Positions 55,801 through 64,000 of a stretch of DNA of 64,000 nt are shown in pieces. Origin of the DNA: Candidatus Omnitrophota bacterium (GTDB lineage Bacteria; Omnitrophota; Gorgyraeia; Zapsychrales; Fredricksoniimonadaceae); the NCBI GenBank assembly GCA_037131245.1, contig JBAXRK010000010.1:3397-67396 (forward strand), written 5' to 3'. The notes under the pieces are model-generated. The model was given only the letters and a program-made list of their open reading frames with translations, made no database searches and had not been told where the DNA came from. The translations under genes and the position numbers were made by a program. Positions within the stretch are counted from its first letter, which is position 1. Every line of letters starts with the position of its first letter.

Positions 55801-58787
55801 GCCTTTATCGAGAGGCCAGTCTTTTGTTCCGTAACGGTTATGCTGGCAAGGCGTATCAGAAGTACATTGAACTCGATCAGGTGTATCCTGACTACAAGGC
55901 CACGCGTCAGGCGCTGGCAGATCTGAAAAAGAAGCTTTCCGAAAAAGTGGCGGCTTTTTCCGAGCCGCCGCATCTGCCGGACGCGGTGCCCGCTGTTAAT
56001 GCTTCGAAGCCCCCTGATCAGGATGATGAAAAGGTCCTAGGAGTTTACAAGGATGCGGTTGCACTTTATAAAGAGAAGAATTACCCCGGAGCCAAGGGTC
56101 GGTTTGAAGAGGTGGAACGTCTTCAGCCCGGTTATCGTTCTGCCCGGAAATACCTTGATATGATCGCGGCGATCGTACCGCCAGCGCGTCCTGCCCCGGT
56201 GATCCCGGCGACTCCTGCGGTTCCCGTTTCTTTACCTAAGCCGGTCGTGCCGACCCTTACGCTTAAGGAGTCACTTGATAAACAGCAGTTGGCAAAAGAT
56301 TCAAAGACCGTCGATGAATTGACGCAGCGGTCTGGTGTTTTATATCATCAGATCCGCGCTTTAGCGGAAGATAAGGATTTTGCCCAGGCGGCCAAGACTT
56401 TTTCCAAGATCGACCAGATTGTGGCCAATCTGGAGCAGGAGAAAAAGCGCCTCGCGCGTACGATCGAACGCGAGGAGAAACTCGAGCGTGAGCGCCAGGA
56501 GCGTCAGAAGAAGCTGGAAAATGAAGCTCATCTCAATGAGAAGGATGCGGCGGTTCGCCGGGAAGGGTTGAAGCAGGCTCAGGCCCAGAAGAAGGAAGAT
56601 GAGGACCGTGCCCGCCAGGCAGCGAGCGATAAAGAACAGCAGGATTTAAAGCGTAAAGAGCAGGCTCGTTTGGCCCAGGTGAAAGAGCTTGAGAAAGAGA
56701 CCCGGCTGAAAACGGAAGTCCTTTATCAGCAGGGACAAAATAGTTTTAACGATAAGAATTATTCTTTGGCCAGGGAGCGTTTTGCCGATGCTTTAAAGCT
56801 GATGCCGGGGTATAAGGATATTGAGATCCTTATGGTCAGGATCGATCAGGCCGAAGGTGAGCAAAAGTTGCTTGAACAGGAAAAGGCCGACCGGGCGAGA
56901 GTGGCGTCGATCGCTGAGAAAGCTAATGCGGTGAACCTTGAAGCTCTGGCTCTCTCTAACGCCAAGAATTTTCCCGGACTGCAGCAGAAATTCGATGAAT
57001 TGAGTTCTCTGCTACAGGATATTCAAGGCATCAAGGGTCATATGCTGGCCAACCGGGAGGATTTTCGCAAGGAGTGGGAGGGCAAGCTGGCGGCTGCCCG
57101 CGCGAAAGCAGATGCTCCTAAACCTATCAAGGATATGAAAGCGATGGTTGAGGGGCGGACCGCGCGTCAGCAGGCGGAAGCTTTTTACAAGCAGGGAGAA
57201 CAATTTTATAATGCCGGGCAATATGCTGAAGCGCGTGTAAAGTTCCGTGATTCTTTTGCCGCGGACCCTACCTTCAAGGCGGCGTATACTTTCTCGCTTC
57301 GAGTTGACCGCATTCTTGAGCATCGTGATTTTGAGGAGCAGCAGGGGCGGGCCAAGAAAGAGAAACGTCATTTCGACGATAAGCAGGAGGGCTTGGCTCC
57401 CTCGCCAGTTGACGACGCAGCATTGGCGCCGGATCCTGCCAGGGCGAAGCAAGTTTATGCCGATGGCATCGAGCTGTACAAGCAGAAGAAATTCAAGGAA
57501 GCTCGGATAAAATTCGAGGAACTTTCTAAAGTCGGCGATACGCTGCAGCGCGCCAAGGCCGTACGGTATTTAAATTTGATCGAAACAGCGTTAGATAAAG
57601 CCAGGCAGGATGCGGAGAAAGAGCGGGCGCAGGAAGAAGCCCGGTATCTTGAGGGTAAACGCCTGGAGACCAGGATGGCTCTTGAGAGGGATAAAGGCCT
57701 TCCGGTGAAGGAACTGGTTGATGACGCTGAAAATAGCCAGCATGCCCAGGATGCGGCGGTTGAACGCCAGGTCCTTTTAAGGTCGATCGAACAGGAGAAT
57801 GATGCCGAGCGAAAGAAAATGTTGTCCGAGCGGTTACGCCAGAAAGATATAGCCGAGCAGAAAGCTGCGGCAGAGTGGGGTCAGGTAAGGAAGTTCGCGG
57901 TGCATCAGGATGTAAAGATGGGGGATAAGGCACCGACAATCCCGGGAAAACCCCCGGAGATCCAGACCCCGGCCGTTCCGGTAAAGAAAGTGCCACCGGC
58001 GGCTTCGAAGCCAAAGAAGGATGGGGTATCGGTTCAGCCTGAAAAGCAGGTGACTGTTCCCGCGGAAGTCAAGACTGAGACGGAATCCAGAAAGAAGCTG
58101 GCTAAGGGTAGTATGAAACAAAGGCCGCTGGTTGTCACCGCGACCGATAGCCGCGAAGATGCTCAATTCCAGCGGCTTATTGCCCGTCAGAAGGTTATTG
58201 AGGCAAAGGAGACCGAACGCAAACGTTTGATCATGGAACGCGAGCATCAGGCCCATGAACTTGAAAAGATGCGGGTTGAGGAAAAGCAGCGGCGCGCGCG
58301 AGAAGCTCAACTGCGCCGGGATAAAAAGGAACTCAAAGACGCTTCGTCGCCTGTCCCGATGCCCGTAAAAAAACCGGCAGTTACAGTGGTGGCGCCTTTA
58401 CCGGCGGTTACCGCGCCGTTACCAGCGGCAGTTCCTTTGGATGTTTATCATGCCGCGGCTAATGAGGAAAAACGTCGCTTGGAAGAGCAGCGTGCCGCTA
58501 TCGCGCGTGATTTCGAGGATGGGGTTGAACGGCTTTATGTTGAGGCGCTGGATCTTTATAAAAAACATGCTTACGAAGAAGCGAAAGAAGACCTGACGCA
58601 GGTCAATGAGCTGATCAAAGGGTATAAGAAATCTGAGCAGTATCTGATATCGATCGATAAAGAATTGTCGAAGCCGTCTCGTCGTTCGAAGGGGCTTTCC
58701 TCGTCTTCATCCGCTATCAGGACTGATCGTCGCGGGGAAGCCGTCGCCTCAATGCTGGATCAGGCCGAGCATGGCGCCGTGAAGTAA
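52893..58787 (+). CDS. 1964-aa secreted repeat protein: about 17 copies of a ~70-aa TPR-like helical unit ending (P/A)(D/G)YK...YL.RID.DI, joined by E/K/R/Q-rich coiled-coil linkers
   Basis: The start is taken at MKKMPFLLLVLALFFTLPAKSLFA (signal peptide), not the track start at 52710, which overlaps the giant gene. Recurrent motifs include FPDYKAVRSYLQIIEQDI, VPDFKATRSYLQRIDRDL, VPDYKSARSYLKRIDDDI, IPDYKQTAFYLERIDDDV and CPGYKETERYLARVDEDI. Confidence 0.85.
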   Translation: MKKMPFLLLVLALFFTLPAKSLFADPAAQQEPSVLAEGQPSVLKEDKAQANYVYDLKMLVAKSRENIKNVNEKIKNQAVLKRNQQREERAREYFLQAQKLADEGRLEESRQMYEKAIAITEHPEMKYYIKESEHRAKAQKAALSRQEGEQQRRSEEEEKTAFERVESIYQGAVSLYKQQRFKEARAEFQTVEEVFPDYKAVRSYLQIIEQDIVQSERQAIKAQQKEIESQQKESEIARLREKELWRKEVDRKEEDRQKQVQKQAQDVYDTAIRLYQDRKYKAAKEKFQEVEWVVPDFKATRSYLQRIDRDLEVDQARVTEEREKVIEKQRWDETLAQKRAEEDRKKAEAMRDHQQLEGKKDQAEFIYQSGIALFDKGQLDTARERFDEVEALYPDYRSTRDYLKRIHESVKSQISRDEELRQSAAEKKILEEENAHRKADKEKFKQQADEADALYTQAFDLYKIGRLVEAKAKFLEVDQRVPDYKSARSYLKRIDDDIAAMVSANRKDGDLASQKEQLERLKDLRDRADLVYNDAILAYDNKDFTSARAKFQEVEGIYPNYKKAVSYLSRIEDDITQQQKDEQRREVEKKVDALYAQALALYEKEAFEEAKAKFIDVASLIPDYKQTAFYLERIDDDVIRSKQRSIDTLQQSQAEALYNQAVSLYQSGQFTEAKDKYLQLETVISGYKDTAKVFANIDADIDRKKQQDEERSKAARAEVFYQQALALYQGKDFAAAKDKFVQTEVVYADYKDTPKYLLSINSDIKKQAEDLDLKKKNDTAEPLYAQALALYREQDFEAAKRKFLQAQMACPGYKETERYLARVDEDIRLVQARLAREEKLSKVEAIYATAMDLYSSSKFVEAKAKLQEAAALESNYRNVKSYLARIDDDIRREQARQDRLVQEQQVERPYSEAVALYHMGKFEEAKPKFQQVVAILPDYKKAKYYFSRIDENILAQKREEDRKSLERAESLYREASLLFRNGYAGKAYQKYIELDQVYPDYKATRQALADLKKKLSEKVAAFSEPPHLPDAVPAVNASKPPDQDDEKVLGVYKDAVALYKEKNYPGAKGRFEEVERLQPGYRSARKYLDMIAAIVPPARPAPVIPATPAVPVSLPKPVVPTLTLKESLDKQQLAKDSKTVDELTQRSGVLYHQIRALAEDKDFAQAAKTFSKIDQIVANLEQEKKRLARTIEREEKLERERQERQKKLENEAHLNEKDAAVRREGLKQAQAQKKEDEDRARQAASDKEQQDLKRKEQARLAQVKELEKETRLKTEVLYQQGQNSFNDKNYSLARERFADALKLMPGYKDIEILMVRIDQAEGEQKLLEQEKADRARVASIAEKANAVNLEALALSNAKNFPGLQQKFDELSSLLQDIQGIKGHMLANREDFRKEWEGKLAAARAKADAPKPIKDMKAMVEGRTARQQAEAFYKQGEQFYNAGQYAEARVKFRDSFAADPTFKAAYTFSLRVDRILEHRDFEEQQGRAKKEKRHFDDKQEGLAPSPVDDAALAPDPARAKQVYADGIELYKQKKFKEARIKFEELSKVGDTLQRAKAVRYLNLIETALDKARQDAEKERAQEEARYLEGKRLETRMALERDKGLPVKELVDDAENSQHAQDAAVERQVLLRSIEQENDAERKKMLSERLRQKDIAEQKAAAEWGQVRKFAVHQDVKMGDKAPTIPGKPPEIQTPAVPVKKVPPAASKPKKDGVSVQPEKQVTVPAEVKTETESRKKLAKGSMKQRPLVVTATDSREDAQFQRLIARQKVIEAKETERKRLIMEREHQAHELEKMRVEEKQRRAREAQLRRDKKELKDASSPVPMPVKKPAVTVVAPLPAVTAPLPAAVPLDVYHAAANEEKRRLEEQRAAIARDFEDGVERLYVEALDLYKKHAYEEAKEDLTQVNELIKGYKKSEQYLISIDKELSKPSRRSKGLSSSSSAIRTDRRGEAVASMLDQAEHGAVK

Positions 58788-58797
58788 AGGAAGCTGT

Positions 58798-59244
58798 ATG
58801 CGGTTGATCTTCGACATTGTGTTCTGGTTTGCCGTCATTTTTGCCGCTGTTTCTGTTGCGCTCAATACACCCCGGGGATCACGTTTCTTCAGCCGATTTT
58901 TTCAATATTCCGGAATAACCAGGACCGAACAAAAGATCGCGGATGACCGCGAAAGAATGCTGGCTGTCCGGGAGAAAGCGTCTGGCTTGCCACAACAGAC
59001 CCCTTCGGATACGGCGCGCATGAACAGGGAGGCGCAGGCGATCTTTCGTGATAAGCAGGAACGCCTGAATGACAAACTAGAATCTCTTCGCGAGAGCCGC
59101 AAGGACGCTTCTGGTGTTGCTCAAGATCCAAGAGCGGTTGTGGATAAAACCGACGCGGTAAGGCAGAAACTTGATGCGGCCCAGGATCGTGCTCAGGCTC
59201 AAAGGGACAGGATAATGGCTCAAAAGGCCCGTTTGGAGGAATAA
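58798..59244 (+). CDS. Membrane-anchored coiled-coil protein (hypothetical)
   Basis: 148 aa. N-terminal TM helix IVFWFAVIFAAVSVAL. The rest is charged and helical (R/D/E/Q/K-rich). Confidence 0.5.
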   Translation: MRLIFDIVFWFAVIFAAVSVALNTPRGSRFFSRFFQYSGITRTEQKIADDRERMLAVREKASGLPQQTPSDTARMNREAQAIFRDKQERLNDKLESLRESRKDASGVAQDPRAVVDKTDAVRQKLDAAQDRAQAQRDRIMAQKARLEE

Positions 59245-59246
59245 CA

Positions 59247-60698
59247 GTGAAATTCTTAAAGATTGGGTTGATCGTTCTATTAATATTTATTGCGTTGCTT
59301 GTTGCCGGAGGCTGGATCTTTTTTAGCACCTTTGATGCTAATCGTTATGTGCCACAGCTCACGCAAGCTGTTCGAGTGGCGACCGGAAGGGATCTTGCCA
59401 TCGGGAACGCCAGGCTTTCTTTTTCCTTCACTGACGGGGTTTTGTTACAACTTGAGAAGGTCGCGCTTTCGGATGACCCCCGTTTTTCCGACGCATATTT
59501 TGCTAAGGCTGCCCGGGTTGTTCTATCGTTGGACTTGGGGGCATTCTTACGGGAAAAGAGCCTTGTTATTTCTAATGCTTCCGTTCTTGATCCTGAGGTC
59601 ATGCTGATCAGGGCCAAAGACGGAAGGGTCAATGCGGCGGCTATTGGGGGGGGGCCTTCATCCGGCCCGTCAACCGTTTCCGTGGAGGCCCGTGGTAGAG
59701 AAGTGGCCGCAAAGGCCGCTTTACCGTTATTTGTTATCAAAAAGTTTCAGGTTCGTGGTGCCCGGATCCGTTATATGGACCGGTCTTTTGAACCGGCGAT
59801 CAATATCAGTCTTGAAAAAGGGTCATTTGATGTAAAGGATTTTTCTCTGGTTGCGCCGTTCACGTTTGATCTTTCGGCGGCGCTACTGGCAGGAGAGCCC
59901 AATCTTCTGATCGCGGGCCGGGCCGCTGTTGATGCCGTTACTTCATCGGTCAATGTGCGGGATGTCACCATATCGCTGGCGCTTGATAATGTATCGGCTG
60001 CACTTCTGGCCGATGCATTACCGATGCTCAAGCCGGTCGCGGTGAAGCAGATGAGGGGTAAAGCAGCGGTAGAGCTTAGAAAGGCACGGTTCGGTGCCCG
60101 TGGCATTGAGGAGCTTGATGCCGGGTTGACAGTGGATATGCGGGATACTGTGCTGACAGGCATTAATCTTTTGGCTGTTGGGCTTAATAGTATTTCTCTT
60201 TTTCCCGATCTGCTCAATATTGTTATGCCGGATCTGCCTGAAGGGACACAGGCCGATATCCGTCGGGGTATCACGGCGGTTGATCATTTGGGGATCGTTG
60301 GTTCTGTCATGGGAGGATCGGTGACAGTGCAAAAGATGGAACTTGATGCCCGTGACCTGTCTGTTTCAGCTCAAGGGGGTTTTGGATTTCAGCTTCAGTC
60401 CATGGCGCCGGGCGATCTTGATCTGAAGGCCGCTTTCTTTATTGCGCCGAAGCTAACGGATGTTCTGGTCGGTAAAGTTCCGGAATTTAGCGGATTGAAA
60501 CAGGAGGACGGGCGTGTTTATATCCCTTTCACACTTAGCGGCCCGATGCTTAAGCCGAAAGTCCTTCCGGATCTTGATTATTTGGCAAAAAGATTATTGA
60601 TCGGTCAGGGTGGACGGGAGATCCAGCGGGTGCTAAAGGATCCCGCGGTCGGTAAAGCGGTTGGAGAGCTGTTTAATAGCATTTTTAAAGGTAAATAG
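59247..60698 (+). CDS. AsmA-family protein
   Basis: 483 aa. N-terminal TM helix followed by FDANRYVPQLTQAVRVATGRDLAIGNARLSF, the typical AsmA N-terminal signature. C-terminal IPFTLSGPMLKPKVLPD. Confidence 0.75.
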   Translation: MKFLKIGLIVLLIFIALLVAGGWIFFSTFDANRYVPQLTQAVRVATGRDLAIGNARLSFSFTDGVLLQLEKVALSDDPRFSDAYFAKAARVVLSLDLGAFLREKSLVISNASVLDPEVMLIRAKDGRVNAAAIGGGPSSGPSTVSVEARGREVAAKAALPLFVIKKFQVRGARIRYMDRSFEPAINISLEKGSFDVKDFSLVAPFTFDLSAALLAGEPNLLIAGRAAVDAVTSSVNVRDVTISLALDNVSAALLADALPMLKPVAVKQMRGKAAVELRKARFGARGIEELDAGLTVDMRDTVLTGINLLAVGLNSISLFPDLLNIVMPDLPEGTQADIRRGITAVDHLGIVGSVMGGSVTVQKMELDARDLSVSAQGGFGFQLQSMAPGDLDLKAAFFIAPKLTDVLVGKVPEFSGLKQEDGRVYIPFTLSGPMLKPKVLPDLDYLAKRLLIGQGGREIQRVLKDPAVGKAVGELFNSIFKGK

Positions 60699-60785
60699 CT
60701 GTTCCTGGCTGTTTATTGTTTTTTTCTTGTCACTGAAGACGGAAATAGATATACTGGTTTTCATTTCTCGCTGAAAGGCCTTTGA

Positions 60786-61190
60786 ATGAATAAAGATGAT
60801 GGTAAGCGCAGGCATATTCGGGTCCGGGATGATATTCCGGTGAACTGGTACATTGACCGGCTGGGCCAAAGCGGTAAAGGCATCTTAAGGAATATCAGCA
60901 TTTCAGGAGCAATGCTGGAAACGAAAACGCAGCTGACGGTGGATAAGGACCTTTTGATCATGTTAAAGGCCGCTGAATTCGCTGAAAGTTCCTTTGTGCC
61001 GCCGATAGCCAGGCTGGTCTGGGGTCGTACGGCCAGAGAGGGGTCAGGGTATTTCTTTTACGGCATGGAATTCAAGGATCCTTCTCTCGCGTACTCAAAA
61101 GCAATTCAAGCGCGCGTAGAGGACAAAGCGAAAAGCACTCAGTTCGGCTTAGGTTCCGGGATATCAGATACATCCTGGAATACACGTTAA
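60786..61190 (+). CDS. PilZ-domain protein
   Basis: RRHIR (RxxxR) and NISISG (NxSxxG) motifs. Confidence 0.7.
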   Translation: MNKDDGKRRHIRVRDDIPVNWYIDRLGQSGKGILRNISISGAMLETKTQLTVDKDLLIMLKAAEFAESSFVPPIARLVWGRTAREGSGYFFYGMEFKDPSLAYSKAIQARVEDKAKSTQFGLGSGISDTSWNTR

Positions 61191-61223
61191 TGGGGTTTAT
61201 TAAAGGAAGATCGAAGAGGCGGT

Positions 61224-61949
61224 ATGGCAGACACTATCATTAAGAATAAGAAGTTCAGGATCGTTTTATGGGGATTGGCGGCTTTGTTATCGGTCATTAG
61301 TTTTATTTTGTTCGTCATCAATTACCGGACACTGGAAGAGACGGCGGTTTCGGCCGAGAAGACGGCTGAAAAGATGACCGAGAACTATCGTTACGTCGCC
61401 AATGAATATAAAGTGACCAAAGTGGCGCTCGATGACGCTAATCAGAAGTTGGAAGACCTGACCAAAGAGCTTGAGCAGGCGAATAATGACCTGACGGTCA
61501 CGCGTAGTGAGCTCTCTTCGGTGCAGTCGGTCAATGACCAGCTTAAGAGCAGTATTTCCACCCTTGAGCGTTATAAGGAAAGAGCGGCGCGCAAAGGGGA
61601 AGGCCTGGAGACAATGATCTCGGCTTTCAAAAAGAAGAATAAAAAGATGGACCTTGAACTTCAGACGGTCCGAAAAGAGCTTTCAGTCTTTCAACCGGAT
61701 ATCACGGATGAGAAAGAGGGCCGGGCCAAGGTTGAGAATTTTAAGATGCATATCCGGCTGGTCAAAAAGAACATCGGGATCCTTCGTCAGGTGGCTTATG
61801 AGGCAAGGGTGGCGGCTCAGAAGGAGCACGATCGCCTGGAAGCGGCCTATGGTAACGGTGGTTATATGATGAAAGATGGGATCAGCAAGTCGATCACGAC
61901 GTATGGCCAGAAACGCCTGGACCTGGACGTCAAGTTCATCAATAAGTAA
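61224..61949 (+). CDS. Membrane-anchored coiled-coil protein (hypothetical)
   Basis: 241 aa. TM helix IVLWGLAALLSVISFILFVI, followed by a long heptad-like region (LEDLTKELEQANNDLTVTRSELSSVQSVNDQLKSSISTLE). Confidence 0.55.
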   Translation: MADTIIKNKKFRIVLWGLAALLSVISFILFVINYRTLEETAVSAEKTAEKMTENYRYVANEYKVTKVALDDANQKLEDLTKELEQANNDLTVTRSELSSVQSVNDQLKSSISTLERYKERAARKGEGLETMISAFKKKNKKMDLELQTVRKELSVFQPDITDEKEGRAKVENFKMHIRLVKKNIGILRQVAYEARVAAQKEHDRLEAAYGNGGYMMKDGISKSITTYGQKRLDLDVKFINK

Positions 61950-62033
61950 TGCGCTCATTCGGCGTTGGTTTTTGTCCCTATTCTGCAGGCCCTACGAAGG
62001 GATTGCCGGGTAGGGACTTCTTTTACCGGTCTT

Positions 62034-62255
62034 ATGACACTTGAAATAAAAGTTTTTCCCGGAGCAAAAAAAGAACTGTACAAGGCGGATGGCGCTTCGG
62101 TGAAGGTTTACCTGACCGTTCCGCCTATCGATGGGCGCGCCAATGCGGCGTTGATCAAGTTCTTATGCCGGCATTTTTCGGTCCGCGCTTCATCGATCGA
62201 GATAATAAAGGGATTGAAATCGAGAAATAAAGTTATTAATATAGTGGGCTTGTAG
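62034..62255 (+). CDS. DUF167 (YggU-like) protein
   Basis: IKVFPGAKKE...VYLTVPPIDGRANAALIKFL...IEIIKGLKSRNK is the YggU family pattern. The start is taken at the internal Met. Confidence 0.7.
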   Translation: MTLEIKVFPGAKKELYKADGASVKVYLTVPPIDGRANAALIKFLCRHFSVRASSIEIIKGLKSRNKVINIVGL

Positions 62256-62281
62256 GTTCGTATTGAATAAGAGGGGGCTCT

Positions 62282-62731
62282 ATGATGGAAGACAGGATCA
62301 ATAAAGATTATATTGAGGCGATGAAAGCGAAAGATCAGCCGCGGTCTTCGGCACTTAGCTATTTGCGCGCGATGATCAAACAGGTCAAAGTGGACAGTCG
62401 CCTGGAAGTCCTGGATGATGCCGGCGTGACGGTAGTCATCAAGAAACAGATCAAGCAGCGTCAGGACTCGATTGAGCAGTTCGAAAAGGGTAACCGGGCT
62501 GACCTCGCCGCGAAAGAGAAGTATGAGATCGAACTGATGAAGGTGTACCTGCCTCAGGAAATGGGCCTGGAGGAGATCAAAGCCATCGTGGCGCAGGCAG
62601 TGAGCGAGTCGGGGGCGTCCTCGGTTAAGGATATGGGGAATGTTATTAAGCTGGTCCGTGAAAAAGTGGCCGGCCGCGCTGACGGAAAACTGGTCAGTGA
62701 CCTCGTCAGGGAGAAGTTGTCAACGTTTTAA
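62282..62731 (+). CDS. GatB/YqeY-domain protein
   Basis: 149 aa. RINKDYIEAMKAKD...LRAMIKQ...VIKKQIKQRQDSIEQFEKGNRADLAAKEKYEIELMKVYLP. Confidence 0.8.
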   Translation: MMEDRINKDYIEAMKAKDQPRSSALSYLRAMIKQVKVDSRLEVLDDAGVTVVIKKQIKQRQDSIEQFEKGNRADLAAKEKYEIELMKVYLPQEMGLEEIKAIVAQAVSESGASSVKDMGNVIKLVREKVAGRADGKLVSDLVREKLSTF

Positions 62732-62738
62732 GGTTTTT

Positions 62739-63533
62739 ATGAAAAAGATCCTTTTAGCTCTATGTTCGGTCCTGGTGGCAGGAGCGATCTTTTTATTCTT
62801 TTGGCTTCCGGGCCTTTATGTGGTTCCGGTCCTTGTTTATCATAGTGTTGATATAGCCAAGACGCCGCGTGAGCGGGCGAATACGGTCAGCCCACAAGCC
62901 TTTGAACGGCAGATGAGTTTTATTAAAAAGAACGGTTACCGGGTTTTAACGGCCGATGCGTACGCGGATTTTATTCGCCAGGGGCGAGGGTTCCCGCCGA
63001 AAAGCGTGCTGATCACATTTGACGACGGGATGTTGAACAATTATACAGCGGCTTATCCTGTTTTGCGTCAAAAGGGGATTCCCGCGGTCATGTTCGTTAT
63101 TGCCGGGGACGTCGGGGTGTCCAGCGGGCCATGGCAGGGTCCGCAAATGAACTGGGATCAGCTCAGGGAAATGAGCGCGCAGGGTATTACGATCGCCAGC
63201 CATACCTTGACCCATGCGTACCTGCCGGAAGTTAGCCTTGACCGCGCGCGCCGGGAGCTTGTGGAGAGTAAAAGCCTTCTTGAAAAGAAGCTTGGCTATC
63301 CGGTCTATTATCTGGCCTACCCCACCGGCGGTTTTAGTGATGAGATCAAGACCATCGCGCGCGAGGCGGGGTACCGGCTGGCGTTTACGACGAACCGGGG
63401 GTATGATCGCCGCAATCGAGACGTGTTTGAATTAAAAAGGATCCGCCCGAAAGATACGGACGGTTCCCTGGTCCTGTGGATGAAGTTGTCCGGATATTAT
63501 AATTTGCTCCGTGATTCCAAGAACTCCCAATAA
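62739..63533 (+). CDS. Polysaccharide deacetylase (NodB homology domain), membrane anchored
   Basis: TM helix, then LVYHSV, ITFDDG, PAVMFVI, IASHTLTH and LAYPTGG. The start is taken at MKKILL. Confidence 0.8.
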   Translation: MKKILLALCSVLVAGAIFLFFWLPGLYVVPVLVYHSVDIAKTPRERANTVSPQAFERQMSFIKKNGYRVLTADAYADFIRQGRGFPPKSVLITFDDGMLNNYTAAYPVLRQKGIPAVMFVIAGDVGVSSGPWQGPQMNWDQLREMSAQGITIASHTLTHAYLPEVSLDRARRELVESKSLLEKKLGYPVYYLAYPTGGFSDEIKTIAREAGYRLAFTTNRGYDRRNRDVFELKRIRPKDTDGSLVLWMKLSGYYNLLRDSKNSQ

Positions 63534-63559
63534 TCGCTGGTCTGGTGAAAGGGTCGAAC

Positions 63560-64000
63560 ATGGCTGTGAATAAACAATATGAGTTGCAGGCTGATGGCAG
63601 TTTTGTTATCCGTGATTATCACCGAGCCAAGCCTTTTTCTAATTTCTTCCCCGGTATAGCGGGCGTCTGGGGCACGCCGATGTGGGTGTTCACGGTCAAT
63701 CGCGGGCAGGGTATTTCTAGCTTTGGCATTGAATCCAAAGATAAGGCGCTGCTTGAATTTCAGCCCGCGAACAAGGCTTATCAGCTGGCAGCCACGCATG
63801 GTTTTCGGACTTTTCTGAAAGTGGTCAGGAATGGCCGGATGTCTTTTTATGAACCGTTCCGCTCTCCAACGGGCCAGACCAGCCGGATCGAGCAGCGAAT
63901 GATCATTTCTTCCCATGACCTGACGGTAGAGGATATTAATTGGACCCTCGGCCTTAAGGTGACGGTGAATTATTTTACGCTTCCCGAGGAGCCTTACGCG
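63560..64000 (+). CDS. Conserved hypothetical protein, N-terminal part (3' end outside the window)
   Basis: The frame is open from the ATG at 63560 to the window edge. It is absent from the ORF track because it has no stop. Translation: MAVNKQYELQADGSFVIRDYHRAKPFSNFFPGIAGVWGTPMWVFTVNRGQGISSFG... Family not assignable from memory. Confidence 0.5.
   Translation, partial: MAVNKQYELQADGSFVIRDYHRAKPFSNFFPGIAGVWGTPMWVFTVNRGQGISSFGIESKDKALLEFQPANKAYQLAATHGFRTFLKVVRNGRMSFYEPFRSPTGQTSRIEQRMIISSHDLTVEDINWTLGLKVTVNYFTLPEEPYA

Noticed and set aside
1-64000. Search for CRISPR arrays, rRNA, transposases, integrases, prophage genes, reverse transcriptases and toxin-antitoxin pairs
   Set aside because: Nothing recognisable was found by eye. 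The only direct DNA repeats are the 18-bp array at 9161-9220 and the short phased CCTTTAAAT repeats. The window does not look like a mobile island.

Overview
This 64-kb window looks like core chromosome of a diderm (Gram-negative-type) bacterium, probably an uncultivated lineage. That lineage guess is inference only. GC is moderate by eye. Nearly every gene is on the + strand, and many use 4-8 nt start/stop overlaps. Housekeeping content includes the pfkA 3' end, gmhA, heptose-1-P adenylyltransferase, a ThiD2-like ORF plus thiE, tRNA-Gly(CCC), an NlpD-like LysM/M23 lipoprotein, dgt, aroB, uvrB, coaX, groES-groEL with CIRCE-like operators, a guaB-like gene plus guaA, and dnaE. Unusually large envelope or exported protein genes are interleaved with these.

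The strongest signal is a three-member paralog family: 13181-17038, and the overlapping operon pair 27307-31884 and 31877-35923. Each member has a signal-peptide-like N-terminus, a shared ~300-aa N-terminal cassette and a shared ~55-aa C-terminal GGIDL...PVI cassette. The enzymatic cores between the cassettes are completely different: a kinase-like core; two methyltransferases plus a GHKL ATPase plus a kinase-like domain; and a PPDK-type ATP-grasp plus swivel-His phosphotransferase. The two loci share a near-identical upstream architecture: a GAAAACGTTTTC palindrome, 20 nt, a -35 box, 17 nt, then AATACTTATA.

Further downstream is a 3382-aa surface/outer-membrane giant protein. It is followed by a 1964-aa protein built from about 17 copies of a ~70-aa helical repeat, then an AsmA-family protein. 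Three single-domain PilZ proteins and a degenerate GAF/HD-GYP protein are scattered near these loci.

I found no CRISPR array, rRNA, transposase or integrase. All domain calls come from motif recognition by eye; no database search or structure prediction was possible.
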